From Rikenellaceae bacterium (GTDB lineage Bacteria; Bacteroidota; Bacteroidia; Bacteroidales; Rikenellaceae), in the NCBI GenBank assembly GCA_015059955.1, contig SUZK01000001.1:204403-268402 (forward strand): a stretch of 64,000 nt of DNA. Reading direction: 5' to 3'. Below, in pieces: positions 36,588 to 45,090 of this stretch (its first letter is position 1; each line of letters opens with the position of its first letter). The position numbers were made by a program, and so were the translations under genes. Under the pieces are notes generated by a model that made no database searches, was not told where the DNA came from, and saw nothing but the letters and a program-made list of their open reading frames with translations.

Positions 36588-38192
36588 TTACTTCTCTGGG
36601 GGTGTCACTACCAAGATCTTCTTGATGGTGTCGCCAACCTTGAAGAGGATGATAACATTCTCGTTGTTCCACACTCCACCCATTGGACTCCAGAGGTGTA
36701 GTGCCATGCGTTCATCCTTATTCTCACCCATGTAGTACTCGCCATCTTTCATCGTAAGTCTCCTCTCTCCGAGCCATACCTCAGCCGAGGCACTGCCCGA
36801 CTCATAGCTCTCAGTTGTCCAGCCCTCGATGCGTGGGTCAATGATGATACCTGGATTCTTCTCTGGCACAGAGTTTACAAAGTCGCACTTGAATATCTCA
36901 ACATCGCCGTACTCCTCAGTTAGAGCGTTGTCACTATACGCCACGCATGGTATCTCAAGTGTTGTAATCGAGTGGTAGGCATACATGCCCTCGTACTCGC
37001 CCCGCTCTTCGAGGTCGCGTTGCGTGAACTCAATAAGGATGTACTTTGTATAATCGTTCTTGACCGTAGGTAGGACTATACCCGATGAAGCATCATCCTC
37101 AAAGATGCTCTCTATGATTGTGGTACGGATTGTGTTGTATGTCTTACGTGGTAGAGCCATCACCATGCCGTAGCGAGGTGAGCCGCTATGCTCGTCGATA
37201 GTAAGCGTCATACTCTCCTTGTTGAAGTGCATCCACGTTTTTGTACTCTGCTCGTCGAAATACTCATAGGTGGATATGCCGCGCTCGATTCTCTTCTCGA
37301 AGTATATAATCTGATAGTCGTTATCCTGTGCTGTGATGGTATACTCCAACTCATCAGGGTATGTCGTCACGGTATTATTTGTGGGGTCTGTGTATCGGAA
37401 TGTCTTGCCATCGAGCGACACCTCCCAGCCATAGTAGCTCTCGGTAGGACCTGTGAACGTTAGGTTGTCAGTCCCCATACCATCATAGATGATGGGGAAC
37501 TCAAAAATATGCTCACCGCTATCGTCCGAGAATGTTATCTTATAGCCGTCCTCTTCAGTAATCTTCTTGCTCTCACGCTCGCCATTGGGCTTGATACGAG
37601 CATATGCCTCAATCTGCTCGCCAGGGGCCCCCGTAAGATAGTCTACCGACTCGATGTTGTTGTAGTTCTGATCTGGCGATAGACCAATATCCATCCACTC
37701 TGGGAAATCGATAGCCGAGAAGCGGAAGTTGGCCTCTAATCGGAAAGGAACCCAATCAACATAACCGAGTTTAATACTCTTTGCAGGAGTGTCGGTAACG
37801 TCGTATAGTCTCATATATAGCTCCTTAGGGTGGCGCTTTATAGTGACTATGATGCCAGCCTTACCACCCATCTTCATGGTGATGTTTGCCTCATCCCATT
37901 TATTGCCATTACCGTCGTCGGTAATCTTGAGTGTTATGGTATGCGAGCCTGCAGGGCCTGCCATCTCCTGAAGCTCACCCCCCGAGGTTATGAACTTACA
38001 CCAAACGGCATCTGATGATAGTTGCCAGTCGCCACCAGCAGTGAATGAGAATGTTGGTCGATCACCTGCCTTGCACTCAATCTCTTTGGCTGAGGGAATG
38101 GGCGCAGGCTCTTTTTCGCACGATGTGGTGGTAAGCATTAACGCCGATAGTGCTGCCACCATGCCTAACATTGATAAAATTACTCGTTTCAT
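36588..38192 (-). CDS. Hypothetical lipoprotein with BACON-like N-terminal domain (operon gene 2)
   Basis: 534 aa with lipobox LMLTTTSC-EKE. The segment AGDRPTFSFTAGGDWQLSSDAVWCKF..GSHTITLKI is BACON-like. Confidence 0.6.
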   Translation of the reverse strand: MKRVILSMLGMVAALSALMLTTTSCEKEPAPIPSAKEIECKAGDRPTFSFTAGGDWQLSSDAVWCKFITSGGELQEMAGPAGSHTITLKITDDGNGNKWDEANITMKMGGKAGIIVTIKRHPKELYMRLYDVTDTPAKSIKLGYVDWVPFRLEANFRFSAIDFPEWMDIGLSPDQNYNNIESVDYLTGAPGEQIEAYARIKPNGERESKKITEEDGYKITFSDDSGEHIFEFPIIYDGMGTDNLTFTGPTESYYGWEVSLDGKTFRYTDPTNNTVTTYPDELEYTITAQDNDYQIIYFEKRIERGISTYEYFDEQSTKTWMHFNKESMTLTIDEHSGSPRYGMVMALPRKTYNTIRTTIIESIFEDDASSGIVLPTVKNDYTKYILIEFTQRDLEERGEYEGMYAYHSITTLEIPCVAYSDNALTEEYGDVEIFKCDFVNSVPEKNPGIIIDPRIEGWTTESYESGSASAEVWLGERRLTMKDGEYYMGENKDERMALHLWSPMGGVWNNENVIILFKVGDTIKKILVVTPPEK

Positions 38193-38235
38193 ATATCTCT
38201 CTCTAATTTGTTATTACGATGATGGTTGCTCGCGA

Positions 38236-39144
38236 CTATAAGCCCTCGCGCATTATGCGCTCCGCCTCGTCGTCGGATACCCACTCGATGATGTTGCCAA
38301 ACATGCCGACCTCGCCTACACCCTCGACATACATCACGGTGTAGAGCATCATGAACCTCTCGCATAGGCTGTAGAATGATACGTAGCTCGAGAGGTCTGC
38401 CGAGCTTGATGCGTAGTCCGCTGCCTCGGTGACGAGGAGCTTTCCATCGCCATAGATAGTGCCAAAGGCATCCCCCGTTGAGGCAAGTACCTGTGTGCCG
38501 CAGAGCTTGGCCGTTGGGTTGAGCCTATCGTCACTATTTAGCTTGACGCGTATGTCGTAGCCCTCGTAGAGCATATCCTCGATGACGACGATGTTGCCCT
38601 CCTTGACGTGGGTGTGAACAAGGCGCGAGTCGCTATTCATATACTGCATGCACCATGTCGAGGTGAGCACGGCGTAGCCCTCGAAGCTCTCGATGTCGAA
38701 GGGACAGCAGTGCTGCAATATAACCTCGGTCTCGATACTCTCGCTGTCGGCGATGTTATCCTCGTCGACGACAAGACGTAGCACGATGCTCTTCGCGCTG
38801 TTGTGGTCGAAGGCCTCGGCGATGCCTCGAATGCGTAGTGCCGTGCCCTTCGCGCCACCCTTTATGGTGAGCGTATGGCTCTCGACCTCGAAGTGACGTC
38901 CCTCGATGGCGCTACTCTCGGTAGCAATAACCTCGACACCTATGGTGCGGTCATGCTCCATGGCGCGTGATACGCTGATGGGTATCTCGAACCACTCGTC
39001 GCTGTCTACAATGGCGAGCCTGTGGCTCTGCTCCTCGAATTGAATAAAGACGTCGCCCTTCTGCTGCGACTCCTCTTTGTGACATGCTGAGCATAGGAGC
39101 ATCGCTACGGCAGCCATGATGATTGTGTATAGTTGTCGTGTCAT
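38236..39144 (-). CDS. Hypothetical lipoprotein (operon gene 1)
   Basis: 302 aa with lipobox AMLLCSAC-HKEE. It has a Calx-beta-like segment (RTIGVEVIATESSAIEGRHFEVESHTLTIKGG). Confidence 0.6.
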   Translation of the reverse strand: MTRQLYTIIMAAVAMLLCSACHKEESQQKGDVFIQFEEQSHRLAIVDSDEWFEIPISVSRAMEHDRTIGVEVIATESSAIEGRHFEVESHTLTIKGGAKGTALRIRGIAEAFDHNSAKSIVLRLVVDEDNIADSESIETEVILQHCCPFDIESFEGYAVLTSTWCMQYMNSDSRLVHTHVKEGNIVVIEDMLYEGYDIRVKLNSDDRLNPTAKLCGTQVLASTGDAFGTIYGDGKLLVTEAADYASSSADLSSYVSFYSLCERFMMLYTVMYVEGVGEVGMFGNIIEWVSDDEAERIMREGL

Positions 39145-39168
39145 TGTTGTGTAGTTACTTCTAACCTA

Positions 39169-39176
39169 CAAAGATA
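39169..39176 (-). promoter_or_regulatory. -7 promoter box TATCTTTG for the 8-gene lipoprotein operon
   Basis: The reverse complement of CAAAGATA lies 25 nt upstream of the ATG at 39144 and is preceded by an AT-rich tract. Confidence 0.5.
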
Positions 39177-39350
39177 GCACTTTTTTATTAAAATAAAAAA
39201 AGATGAGAGATTATAGCTCAATGATAAGAGAGGAAAGTTCAATAATGGAAGAGGAAAGAAGCCATAAATAGCTTATTAAGAATTTTGGGTGTGTAATTTC
39301 GGACTGAGCTTGTAATTCAGTATTGTGGGTATATACTATTGCATAGCAAA

Positions 39351-39414
39351 GCAAGGCGCCACCTTGCCCAAACCTCCCTTATCAAAGGAGGGTTTGGAGG
39401 GATTGTAAAATATA
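39351..39414 (+). repeat. Short structured intergenic repeat, copy 2 (see 31-96)
   Basis: GCAAGGCGCCACCTTGCCCAAACCTCCCTTATCAAAGGAGGGTTTGGAGGGATTGTAAAATATA aligns with 31-96. Confidence 0.6.
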
Positions 39415-39417
39415 GTT

Positions 39418-39547
39418 GAGGACTCGAACGGCGAAGCCGTAGAGCCGATACCTAATAAAAAAAGCGCAGACCGAAGGTCGAGCAATAAACCATTATCTTA
39501 TCGGCTCAACCTCCGACCTATTTAGTGAGCAGTGCTCACTACGCCAC
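39418..39547 (-). pseudogene. Degraded initiator-tRNA-like relic (T-arm split by an about 78-bp insertion, anticodon arm missing)
   Basis: GAGGACTCGAAC (39418-29) and AACCTCCGACCT (39508-19) together reproduce the 22-nt T-arm/variable-region string of the intact tRNA at 39707-39779. The intervening segment is bounded by the 9-bp inverted repeat GAGCCGATA/TATCGGCTC. A D-arm-like TAGTGAGCA..TGCTCAC follows. Confidence 0.4.
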
Positions 39548-39559
39548 AGATAGTTTATA

Positions 39560-39672
39560 GTTGCAAGCGCACCACTATTTGTGGCGTGGTGTAGTGGTGT
39601 GGGTTGTGGGCTTGCACACAATGCCACACACCACTATACCACGATGGCTACGTTGTAGACTGCGCTTGCAAC
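39560..39672. other. Large imperfect hairpin (113 bp) between the tRNA relic and the tRNA terminator
   Basis: The outer 12-bp stem GTTGCAAGCGCA/TGCGCTTGCAAC is perfect. The inner stem of about 18 bp is CGTGGTGTAGTGGTGTGG / CCACACACCACTATACCACG. Confidence 0.6.
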
Positions 39673-39700
39673 AAAAAAAACGGACAACTTCGGTTGTCCG
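39673..39700 (-). terminator. Rho-independent terminator of tRNA-fMet
   Basis: On the minus strand, CGGACAAC-cgaa-GTTGTCCG is followed by T8. Confidence 0.8.
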
Positions 39701-39706
39701 TTAAGG

Positions 39707-39779
39707 TAGCGGGGGGAGGACTCGAACCTCCGACCTCCGGGTTATGAGCCCGACGAGCTGCCAACTGCTCTACCCCGCG
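39707..39779 (-). tRNA. Initiator tRNA-Met (anticodon CAT)
   Basis: The reverse complement reads CGCGGGG-TA-GAGCAGTTGGCAGCTC-G-TCGGGCTCATAACCCGG-AGGTC-GGAGGTTCGAGTCCTCC-CCCCGCT-A. It has a position 1-72 mismatch and three G:C pairs closing the anticodon stem, both initiator hallmarks. CCA is not fully encoded. Confidence 0.9.
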
Positions 39780-39840
39780 ATGTATCGTTAAATGGTCTTG
39801 TGTCCAAGGGACCACGACCTATTTTCCTTGTTTGATGTTG

Positions 39841-39848
39841 CAAAGATA
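39841..39848 (-). promoter_or_regulatory. -7 promoter box TATCTTTG for tRNA-fMet
   Basis: The reverse complement of CAAAGATA lies 62 nt upstream of the tRNA 5' end. Confidence 0.45.
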
Positions 39849-39940
39849 ATACAAATATTCTTCACCCGCAAATTATTTTTGCGTGAATGGCTAAAATTTA
39901 TCTATCGTGCGCTTGCTATTGCCTGTAATACAGCGATTTG

Positions 39941-41734
39941 CTATTTTACAATTTTTTTAGCAACTATCTCAGCTATATCCTCCGCGGGGCGTGCTGAGGC
40001 GCGGTTTATCGCCTTGTTACATAGTGGGCATGCCGTAGCCACTATGTCGCATCCCGTAGCCTCCAACTCGCGTGTCATGCGCTGTGCTATGCGCAGCTGC
40101 TGGCTATCGTCGATAACCGTGTTTGCTAACGACGAGCCGCAGCAGAGAGCATCGCGGCGGCTATGCTGGGGCTCCACAACACGACCCACGGCAGAGAGCA
40201 CGCGGCGTGGCTCATCGTAGATGCCCATGCCTCGGCCTAACTCGCAGGGGTCGTGGTAGGCGTAGCTCTCGGTGCCACTCTCTACGTGTAGGCGGCCAGT
40301 AGCTATGAGGCGCTCTATATACTCTGTGTGGTGGAGTAGCTCGATGCCCTCAAGGTCGTAGCTCTCCTTGAACACACGCAGGCATATAGGGCAAGAGGTG
40401 ACGAGTGTCGTGATGCCATGCTTGCGGAAGAGTTCTGTGTTGTACTCCATCATCTTGCGTGCCGCGTCGGTCTCGCCCGATAGCATAAGAGGACGGCCAC
40501 AGCATACGCCACCCTCGCTGTCGGCATACCATACGTCGTCGCCCGCAGCGTCGAATATCTGCTTCATTGAGCGCTGCACGCCGGGTGTTAGCGATGTCAT
40601 GCACCCAGCGAAGAAGCCTATCTTACCACTCCCCGACGAGTGGTCGAGGCCCTGGAGATATTTGTAGCGCCCCTCGTGGGGTATGTTACGGCGCTTAGCG
40701 CGTGAGTTTAGGCGCAGTGTGTTAAGGTTGATACCCACGGGGCACTTGGCCTCGCAGCGACCACACATAAGGCAGTTGTTGGCAATCTTTAGCGACAGCA
40801 TGTTGTAGCGGCGGTCGCGCAGGAAGTATACCGACTGCGTATCGTTTATGCCGAGGTCCTCTTGTAGCTGGCAGGGGTCGATACATATGCCGCATCGTGA
40901 GCACGCCTCGACCTCGAAGTTGTCGTACGACTTACGCTGTGCTGTGGGTCGTAGCTTCCACTGGCGTAGGAAGATAAGGGGTATCTCGGTGAATATGTGC
41001 ATATATCGCGAGAAGGGCATCGCCACGAAGAAGAGGCATAGCAGTGATGAGTATACCCACCACGATGGGTCGTATATCGTTACGAGTGTCTCGTGTGGTA
41101 CTATGTCGGCAAGCCATCCACCCAGGCTGCCTGTGAGGAAGCCGTGGCCGCCATATAGTGCTGCTGTGAGGCTCTCTGCTATGAGGCGCGCTGGGAAGAT
41201 AAACCATAGCGCCGAGAGGGCAATCCTATCGAAGAGCACATGCTTCGTTGTGCGACGCATACCCATAAACTTGGAGCGTAGACGCTTGAACCAAGCGAGG
41301 CCTACGCCTGTAAGTACTATTAGTAGCAGGGCATCCATCAGCTGTTCGAAGAGTGGGTCGTGCGTGGTGATACCATTTATTGGCATGAAGTACTTGAAGA
41401 AGACATGGCCCTGAAGAGGTACCCACTCCATGCCTAAGTAGGCGACAGTCTCTATCCATCCCACGAGGATGAGCAAGAACCAGCCGAAGGCTAACGAGGC
41501 GTGCATAAAGCCGAGCATAGGGTTTACGCGGAAGATGCGCACGTGGAGCAGCGACTCGCGTATCACCTCCCACACACCCTTGATTGTGCCCAAGGATATT
41601 ATGTTGTTACGGATGAGCCTCTTGTCGGCACGTGGCAGACGCCCGAGCCATATCATCCACTTGGTGGCTATTGCCACAAGCAGAAAGATACAGCCTACGG
41701 TAAAGGGTATTGTAAATGGAGCGTAAAATGTCAT
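39941..41734 (-). CDS. Membrane-anchored Fe-S/CCG-domain oxidoreductase (NarI/DsrM-like TM domain fused to an HdrD/DsrK-like module)
   Basis: The ATG at 41734 is used; 41743 is a TTG. The N-terminal about 270 aa has 5-6 TM helices with conserved His. Next come two ferredoxin motifs, CSRCGICIDPC and CLMCGRCEAKCP. Cys-rich CCG-type segments follow (FFAGCMTS, GVCCGRP, TSCPICL, YHDPCELGR, ALCCGSS, TACPLCN). Confidence 0.75.
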   Translation of the reverse strand: MTFYAPFTIPFTVGCIFLLVAIATKWMIWLGRLPRADKRLIRNNIISLGTIKGVWEVIRESLLHVRIFRVNPMLGFMHASLAFGWFLLILVGWIETVAYLGMEWVPLQGHVFFKYFMPINGITTHDPLFEQLMDALLLIVLTGVGLAWFKRLRSKFMGMRRTTKHVLFDRIALSALWFIFPARLIAESLTAALYGGHGFLTGSLGGWLADIVPHETLVTIYDPSWWVYSSLLCLFFVAMPFSRYMHIFTEIPLIFLRQWKLRPTAQRKSYDNFEVEACSRCGICIDPCQLQEDLGINDTQSVYFLRDRRYNMLSLKIANNCLMCGRCEAKCPVGINLNTLRLNSRAKRRNIPHEGRYKYLQGLDHSSGSGKIGFFAGCMTSLTPGVQRSMKQIFDAAGDDVWYADSEGGVCCGRPLMLSGETDAARKMMEYNTELFRKHGITTLVTSCPICLRVFKESYDLEGIELLHHTEYIERLIATGRLHVESGTESYAYHDPCELGRGMGIYDEPRRVLSAVGRVVEPQHSRRDALCCGSSLANTVIDDSQQLRIAQRMTRELEATGCDIVATACPLCNKAINRASARPAEDIAEIVAKKIVK

Positions 41735-41754
41735 AGCTACCAAATGTTCGTTAG

Positions 41755-42090
41755 TTAGAAGTCGCCGAGCTTACGCTTTATAAGCATTATCAGAGCTCTT
41801 GTGTTGATGCCTCGAGGACAAACTAAACGGCACTTGCCGCATAGCATACACTTGTTAAGCTCCTCGTAGGCACCCTTGTACTCACCGCGGCGTACCGATG
41901 TGTGGAGCTTGCGGAAGTTGAAGTCCGTGAGGTTGCCCGCGGTGCAGGATGCCGTACATGAGCCACAGCCTATACACGCTTGAAGCTCAGGCATCTCGGC
42001 GATGATGTCGTGGCTTTTACGCAGGTCGTTATTGTCGAGGTCTATGGCTCGCGGACGACTTATGCCATAGCCGAAGTTTAGGTTTCGCAT
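41755..42090 (-). CDS. Small 2x[4Fe-4S] ferredoxin-like protein (HdrC-like)
   Basis: 111 aa with the motifs CIGCGSCTASC and CMLCGKCRLVCP. Confidence 0.75.
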   Translation of the reverse strand: MRNLNFGYGISRPRAIDLDNNDLRKSHDIIAEMPELQACIGCGSCTASCTAGNLTDFNFRKLHTSVRRGEYKGAYEELNKCMLCGKCRLVCPRGINTRALIMLIKRKLGDF

Positions 42091-42095
42091 AGGCG

Positions 42096-43118
42096 CTACA
42101 ATGTGTGGTACTTATCTTTGACATATTCCGCCACGGCTGAGGCTGTCATCGACGCCTCAGCAAGGGTGTCGGCAAGGCTCTTGGGCGCTGTGGCAGCACC
42201 CACATAGAAGATGCCCTCCTGGTTGCTACGCACCGTGCCGAGGAACATGTCGTTTGCCTTGAAGAAGCCGTTAGGGGCGAGGACTAACGATGACCTCTCG
42301 GCAAGCTCCTCGTTCTCGTAGTTGGGGCTCATGCCAACAAGCAGTATGAGCATATCCACGGTCATACGTAGAGGACGTCCTGTGAGCGTATCTTCGGCCT
42401 TAATCTGTATTCGCTGGTCGATGGTTTCGGCAGCCTCCGAGATGCGGCCACGCACGAAGTGTACGTTGTATTTCTGCTGTGCCTCGCGGTATAGCTCCTC
42501 GTAGCCAGGGCCAAACATACGTATATCCATATAGAAGTTGAAGACGTCTGCCGTGGGGAACATCTGCTTGAGCTCTATCGCCTGCTTGACACCTGTTATG
42601 CAGCACACCTTCGAGCAGTGGCGCTGTCCCACCTTTTCGTCGCGTGAGCCTACGCAGTGGAGGATGGCTATGCGTCGTGGCTCAGAGCCATCGGCAAGCA
42701 TCACCTTACCACTATTCATCATGCGTTCGAGGTCTACCGAGGTAATGACGTTGTTGTAGAGACCATAGCCGTACTCCTGCTTGCGGTGGGCATCGAAGAG
42801 CGTAAAGCCCGTAGCTACAACCACCGCCTCACCGGGGATACGCTCGTTAGAGCGTAGCGTGACACCATCCGACGATATCTGTCGCACCTCCTGTCCGAGG
42901 AAGCAGCGTATGCGCTCACTCTTTATGCGCTCGGCGATGGGTCGCATGATATCATCAGCAGGGGTGAACGAGGGGAAGAGCTTATGCCAGCCTCGCACCT
43001 TGCCACCAAGCTCGATATCGCGCTCGACGATTACAGGCTCAAGACCTCGTGCCTTAAGCTCCAATGCCGTCTGCATACCAGCGGGACCTCCGCCTACAAC
43101 AACAACACGTTTAGCCAT
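42096..43118 (-). CDS. HdrA-like FAD-dependent oxidoreductase (short form)
   Basis: 340 aa with Rossmann motif VVVVGGGPAGMQTALEL. It carries the HdrA-type cluster motif HCVGSRDEKVGQRHCSKVCC (CxGSRDx(n)CSxxCC). Confidence 0.8.
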   Translation of the reverse strand: MAKRVVVVGGGPAGMQTALELKARGLEPVIVERDIELGGKVRGWHKLFPSFTPADDIMRPIAERIKSERIRCFLGQEVRQISSDGVTLRSNERIPGEAVVVATGFTLFDAHRKQEYGYGLYNNVITSVDLERMMNSGKVMLADGSEPRRIAILHCVGSRDEKVGQRHCSKVCCITGVKQAIELKQMFPTADVFNFYMDIRMFGPGYEELYREAQQKYNVHFVRGRISEAAETIDQRIQIKAEDTLTGRPLRMTVDMLILLVGMSPNYENEELAERSSLVLAPNGFFKANDMFLGTVRSNQEGIFYVGAATAPKSLADTLAEASMTASAVAEYVKDKYHTL

Positions 43119-43148
43119 ATGTTTATCCTATCTTGTTTCGTTTGTATT

Positions 43149-44237
43149 CTATCGCTTAATCTCATAGATGCGTCGCACGTGGTCGCAGTTGACCGCCGCA
43201 TCGGCAGGCTTGCCAATGAACTTGCCATCCTTGCCCAAGTATTTAGCACTTGCGTCGTACTCCACGCCTAACTTGTCGAGCAGTGGTTCTACATCTACCT
43301 GATGCATCTGCATACCAAGCTCCCAAGGGTCGTAGCCAAGTACAAGACCAGCCATCTCCTCGTATGTCAATACGGGTATACCCTTGCCATCAGCACCATA
43401 TGTCGTACCCTCCATCTCGGCTATGGCGTACTGCCACTTATCGAGGAACATGGTGCAACCGGGGCAGTTGGCAACGATGAAGTCTGGTTTGTAGGGTGCC
43501 ATGCTCTCAAGTTTCTTGTGTGAGTTGGCTATCGACGAGCCTCGATTTGCCTGCACGAGGTAGTTGCGGAAGCCGAAGCCGCAGCAGTGGCGACGCTCAG
43601 GGTAATCCACAACCTCGCCTCCCCACGACTCAATCATGCCGGCGAGGACGTATGGGAACTCCGAACCTCCAATACCCGACTTGGGGAATATCTTGGCGTA
43701 GTGGCAACCTATGTGCTCCACAACTTTAAGAGGCTCTCCCGTATGTACGTTCACTAAGCGGCGCTTCGCCTTGCGTGCTATGGCGTGACGATGGTGGAAC
43801 ATGATGTCTGAGGTGTGGGCAATGGTCTTGGGTTTTACAAGCTCACGACCCGTCGCCTCCTTAAGGTAACGGCGTGTGCGCTCCTCCGTCTCAGGAAACT
43901 CCTCCCATGTGGCCAATACCTCGTTGTATATGCCGAAAGATGTAATGCACGACGATATAAAGTTTTCGTATCCCGCCTCTGCCATAAGCGCAAACTGACG
44001 TGCTACAACCGTCATAATGGTCTCCAAGGGTACTACATCGCTATGGTAGCCGATGCCGGTACACGAGGTGTGTAGTGGGTCATCAAAGATGTCGCATCCG
44101 AGGTCATTATGAAGTATGTCAAGGAATGCCTTCTCGCTACCGGGGAAGAAGTTCTGGCGTATGCAGCTACGTGCATAGTAGTACTTATCTGAGGCTATAT
44201 CTTTCTGATACTCTTGCCATGATGCTCTGCGTGACAT
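43149..44237 (-). CDS. HdrB-like CCG-domain protein
   Basis: 362 aa with two Cys-rich CCG-type domains (SCTGIGYH..., RRHCCGFGFRN, ANCPGCTMF). Confidence 0.75.
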   Translation of the reverse strand: MSRRASWQEYQKDIASDKYYYARSCIRQNFFPGSEKAFLDILHNDLGCDIFDDPLHTSCTGIGYHSDVVPLETIMTVVARQFALMAEAGYENFISSCITSFGIYNEVLATWEEFPETEERTRRYLKEATGRELVKPKTIAHTSDIMFHHRHAIARKAKRRLVNVHTGEPLKVVEHIGCHYAKIFPKSGIGGSEFPYVLAGMIESWGGEVVDYPERRHCCGFGFRNYLVQANRGSSIANSHKKLESMAPYKPDFIVANCPGCTMFLDKWQYAIAEMEGTTYGADGKGIPVLTYEEMAGLVLGYDPWELGMQMHQVDVEPLLDKLGVEYDASAKYLGKDGKFIGKPADAAVNCDHVRRIYEIKR

Positions 44238-44240
44238 ATC

Positions 44241-44951
44241 CTAATAGTGGTTTTCAGAGTTAGTGGTATAGGTCTCCATCATATATTCGTCGGTGGCGCC
44301 GTCGTAGCCCATCTCGCGTGCCTTGCGGTCGGAGTGGCGCTCGATGGTGTCATAGAACTCCTTGCCTCCCGACACCTCGAAGATACGGTGTATCTCCTCC
44401 ATCGACTTGTCGTCGATACGGCGCAGTGCGCCTGCGCCCTCCTTGCCGTAGCAGTCGGAGAACTTGCCGAATATATCGTTGTCGTTTTCGTATATCCACT
44501 CCCATACGGTGCCCTGCTCTGGGTGCATATCGGGGCGTATGTTACGTGGTGTGAGGCAGTAGCCCGTAGCGAGGATGTTGTCGCCTATAAGGCGCTTTAG
44601 GGCGAGCTGCTGGCGGCCCTTCTCGCTCTCGACGAAGAAGCCGAGTTGCTGCGATAGCTTGCGTAGTGCCTGTATGACGTAGCCTGGGGTGTTGCCACGA
44701 GGACAACGCGGGCGGCACGACATGCACTCGCCACAATACCATATCGTATCGCTCTTGAGGAGCGCCTCTATCTGCTCGTCGTCGCGCGACTGCACGATGA
44801 CGACAATCTGTCGAGGATCATAGTTGTAGAACTCTGCGGCAGGACATACTGCGGTACATACGCCGCAGTTCATACACGCCTTGAGACCCTCCTCCAGACG
44901 CACGTCCTCCATCAACATATCGAAATACTTACTCATATCGTGATACTCCAT
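44241..44951 (-). CDS. HdrC-like 2x[4Fe-4S] protein
   Basis: 236 aa with the motifs CMNCGVCTAVCP and CGECMSCRPRCP. Only 3 nt separate it from the HdrB-like gene. Confidence 0.75.
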   Translation of the reverse strand: MEYHDMSKYFDMLMEDVRLEEGLKACMNCGVCTAVCPAAEFYNYDPRQIVVIVQSRDDEQIEALLKSDTIWYCGECMSCRPRCPRGNTPGYVIQALRKLSQQLGFFVESEKGRQQLALKRLIGDNILATGYCLTPRNIRPDMHPEQGTVWEWIYENDNDIFGKFSDCYGKEGAGALRRIDDKSMEEIHRIFEVSGGKEFYDTIERHSDRKAREMGYDGATDEYMMETYTTNSENHY

Positions 44952-44961
44952 TTTGACACCG

Positions 44962-44969
44962 CAAAGTTA
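44962..44969 (-). promoter_or_regulatory. Possible -7 box TAACTTTG for the hdr-like operon
   Basis: The reverse complement of CAAAGTTA lies only 10 nt upstream of the ATG, which would imply a near-leaderless mRNA. This is a weak call. Confidence 0.3.
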
Positions 44970-45090
44970 CCAATTATGTGGTGTCCGAAGGGTAGTATAA
45001 ATACCTAAATTACGCAAAAGATTAAGGGTGGTGTCGTTGCCTACAGGTACCTATATTGTATATTCTGCGCGTGTTTTGACCTTTTTGTAG

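Noticed and set aside
39792-40220. 142-aa plus-strand ORF spanning the tRNA-fMet promoter region and the 3' end of the membrane Hdr-like gene
   Set aside because: It is antisense to a gene with strong Fe-S/CCG motifs, has no homology, and starts in intergenic promoter DNA.
40848-41414. 188-aa plus-strand ORF inside the membrane Hdr-like gene
   Set aside because: It is an antisense mirror ORF with an Arg/Ser-rich composition.
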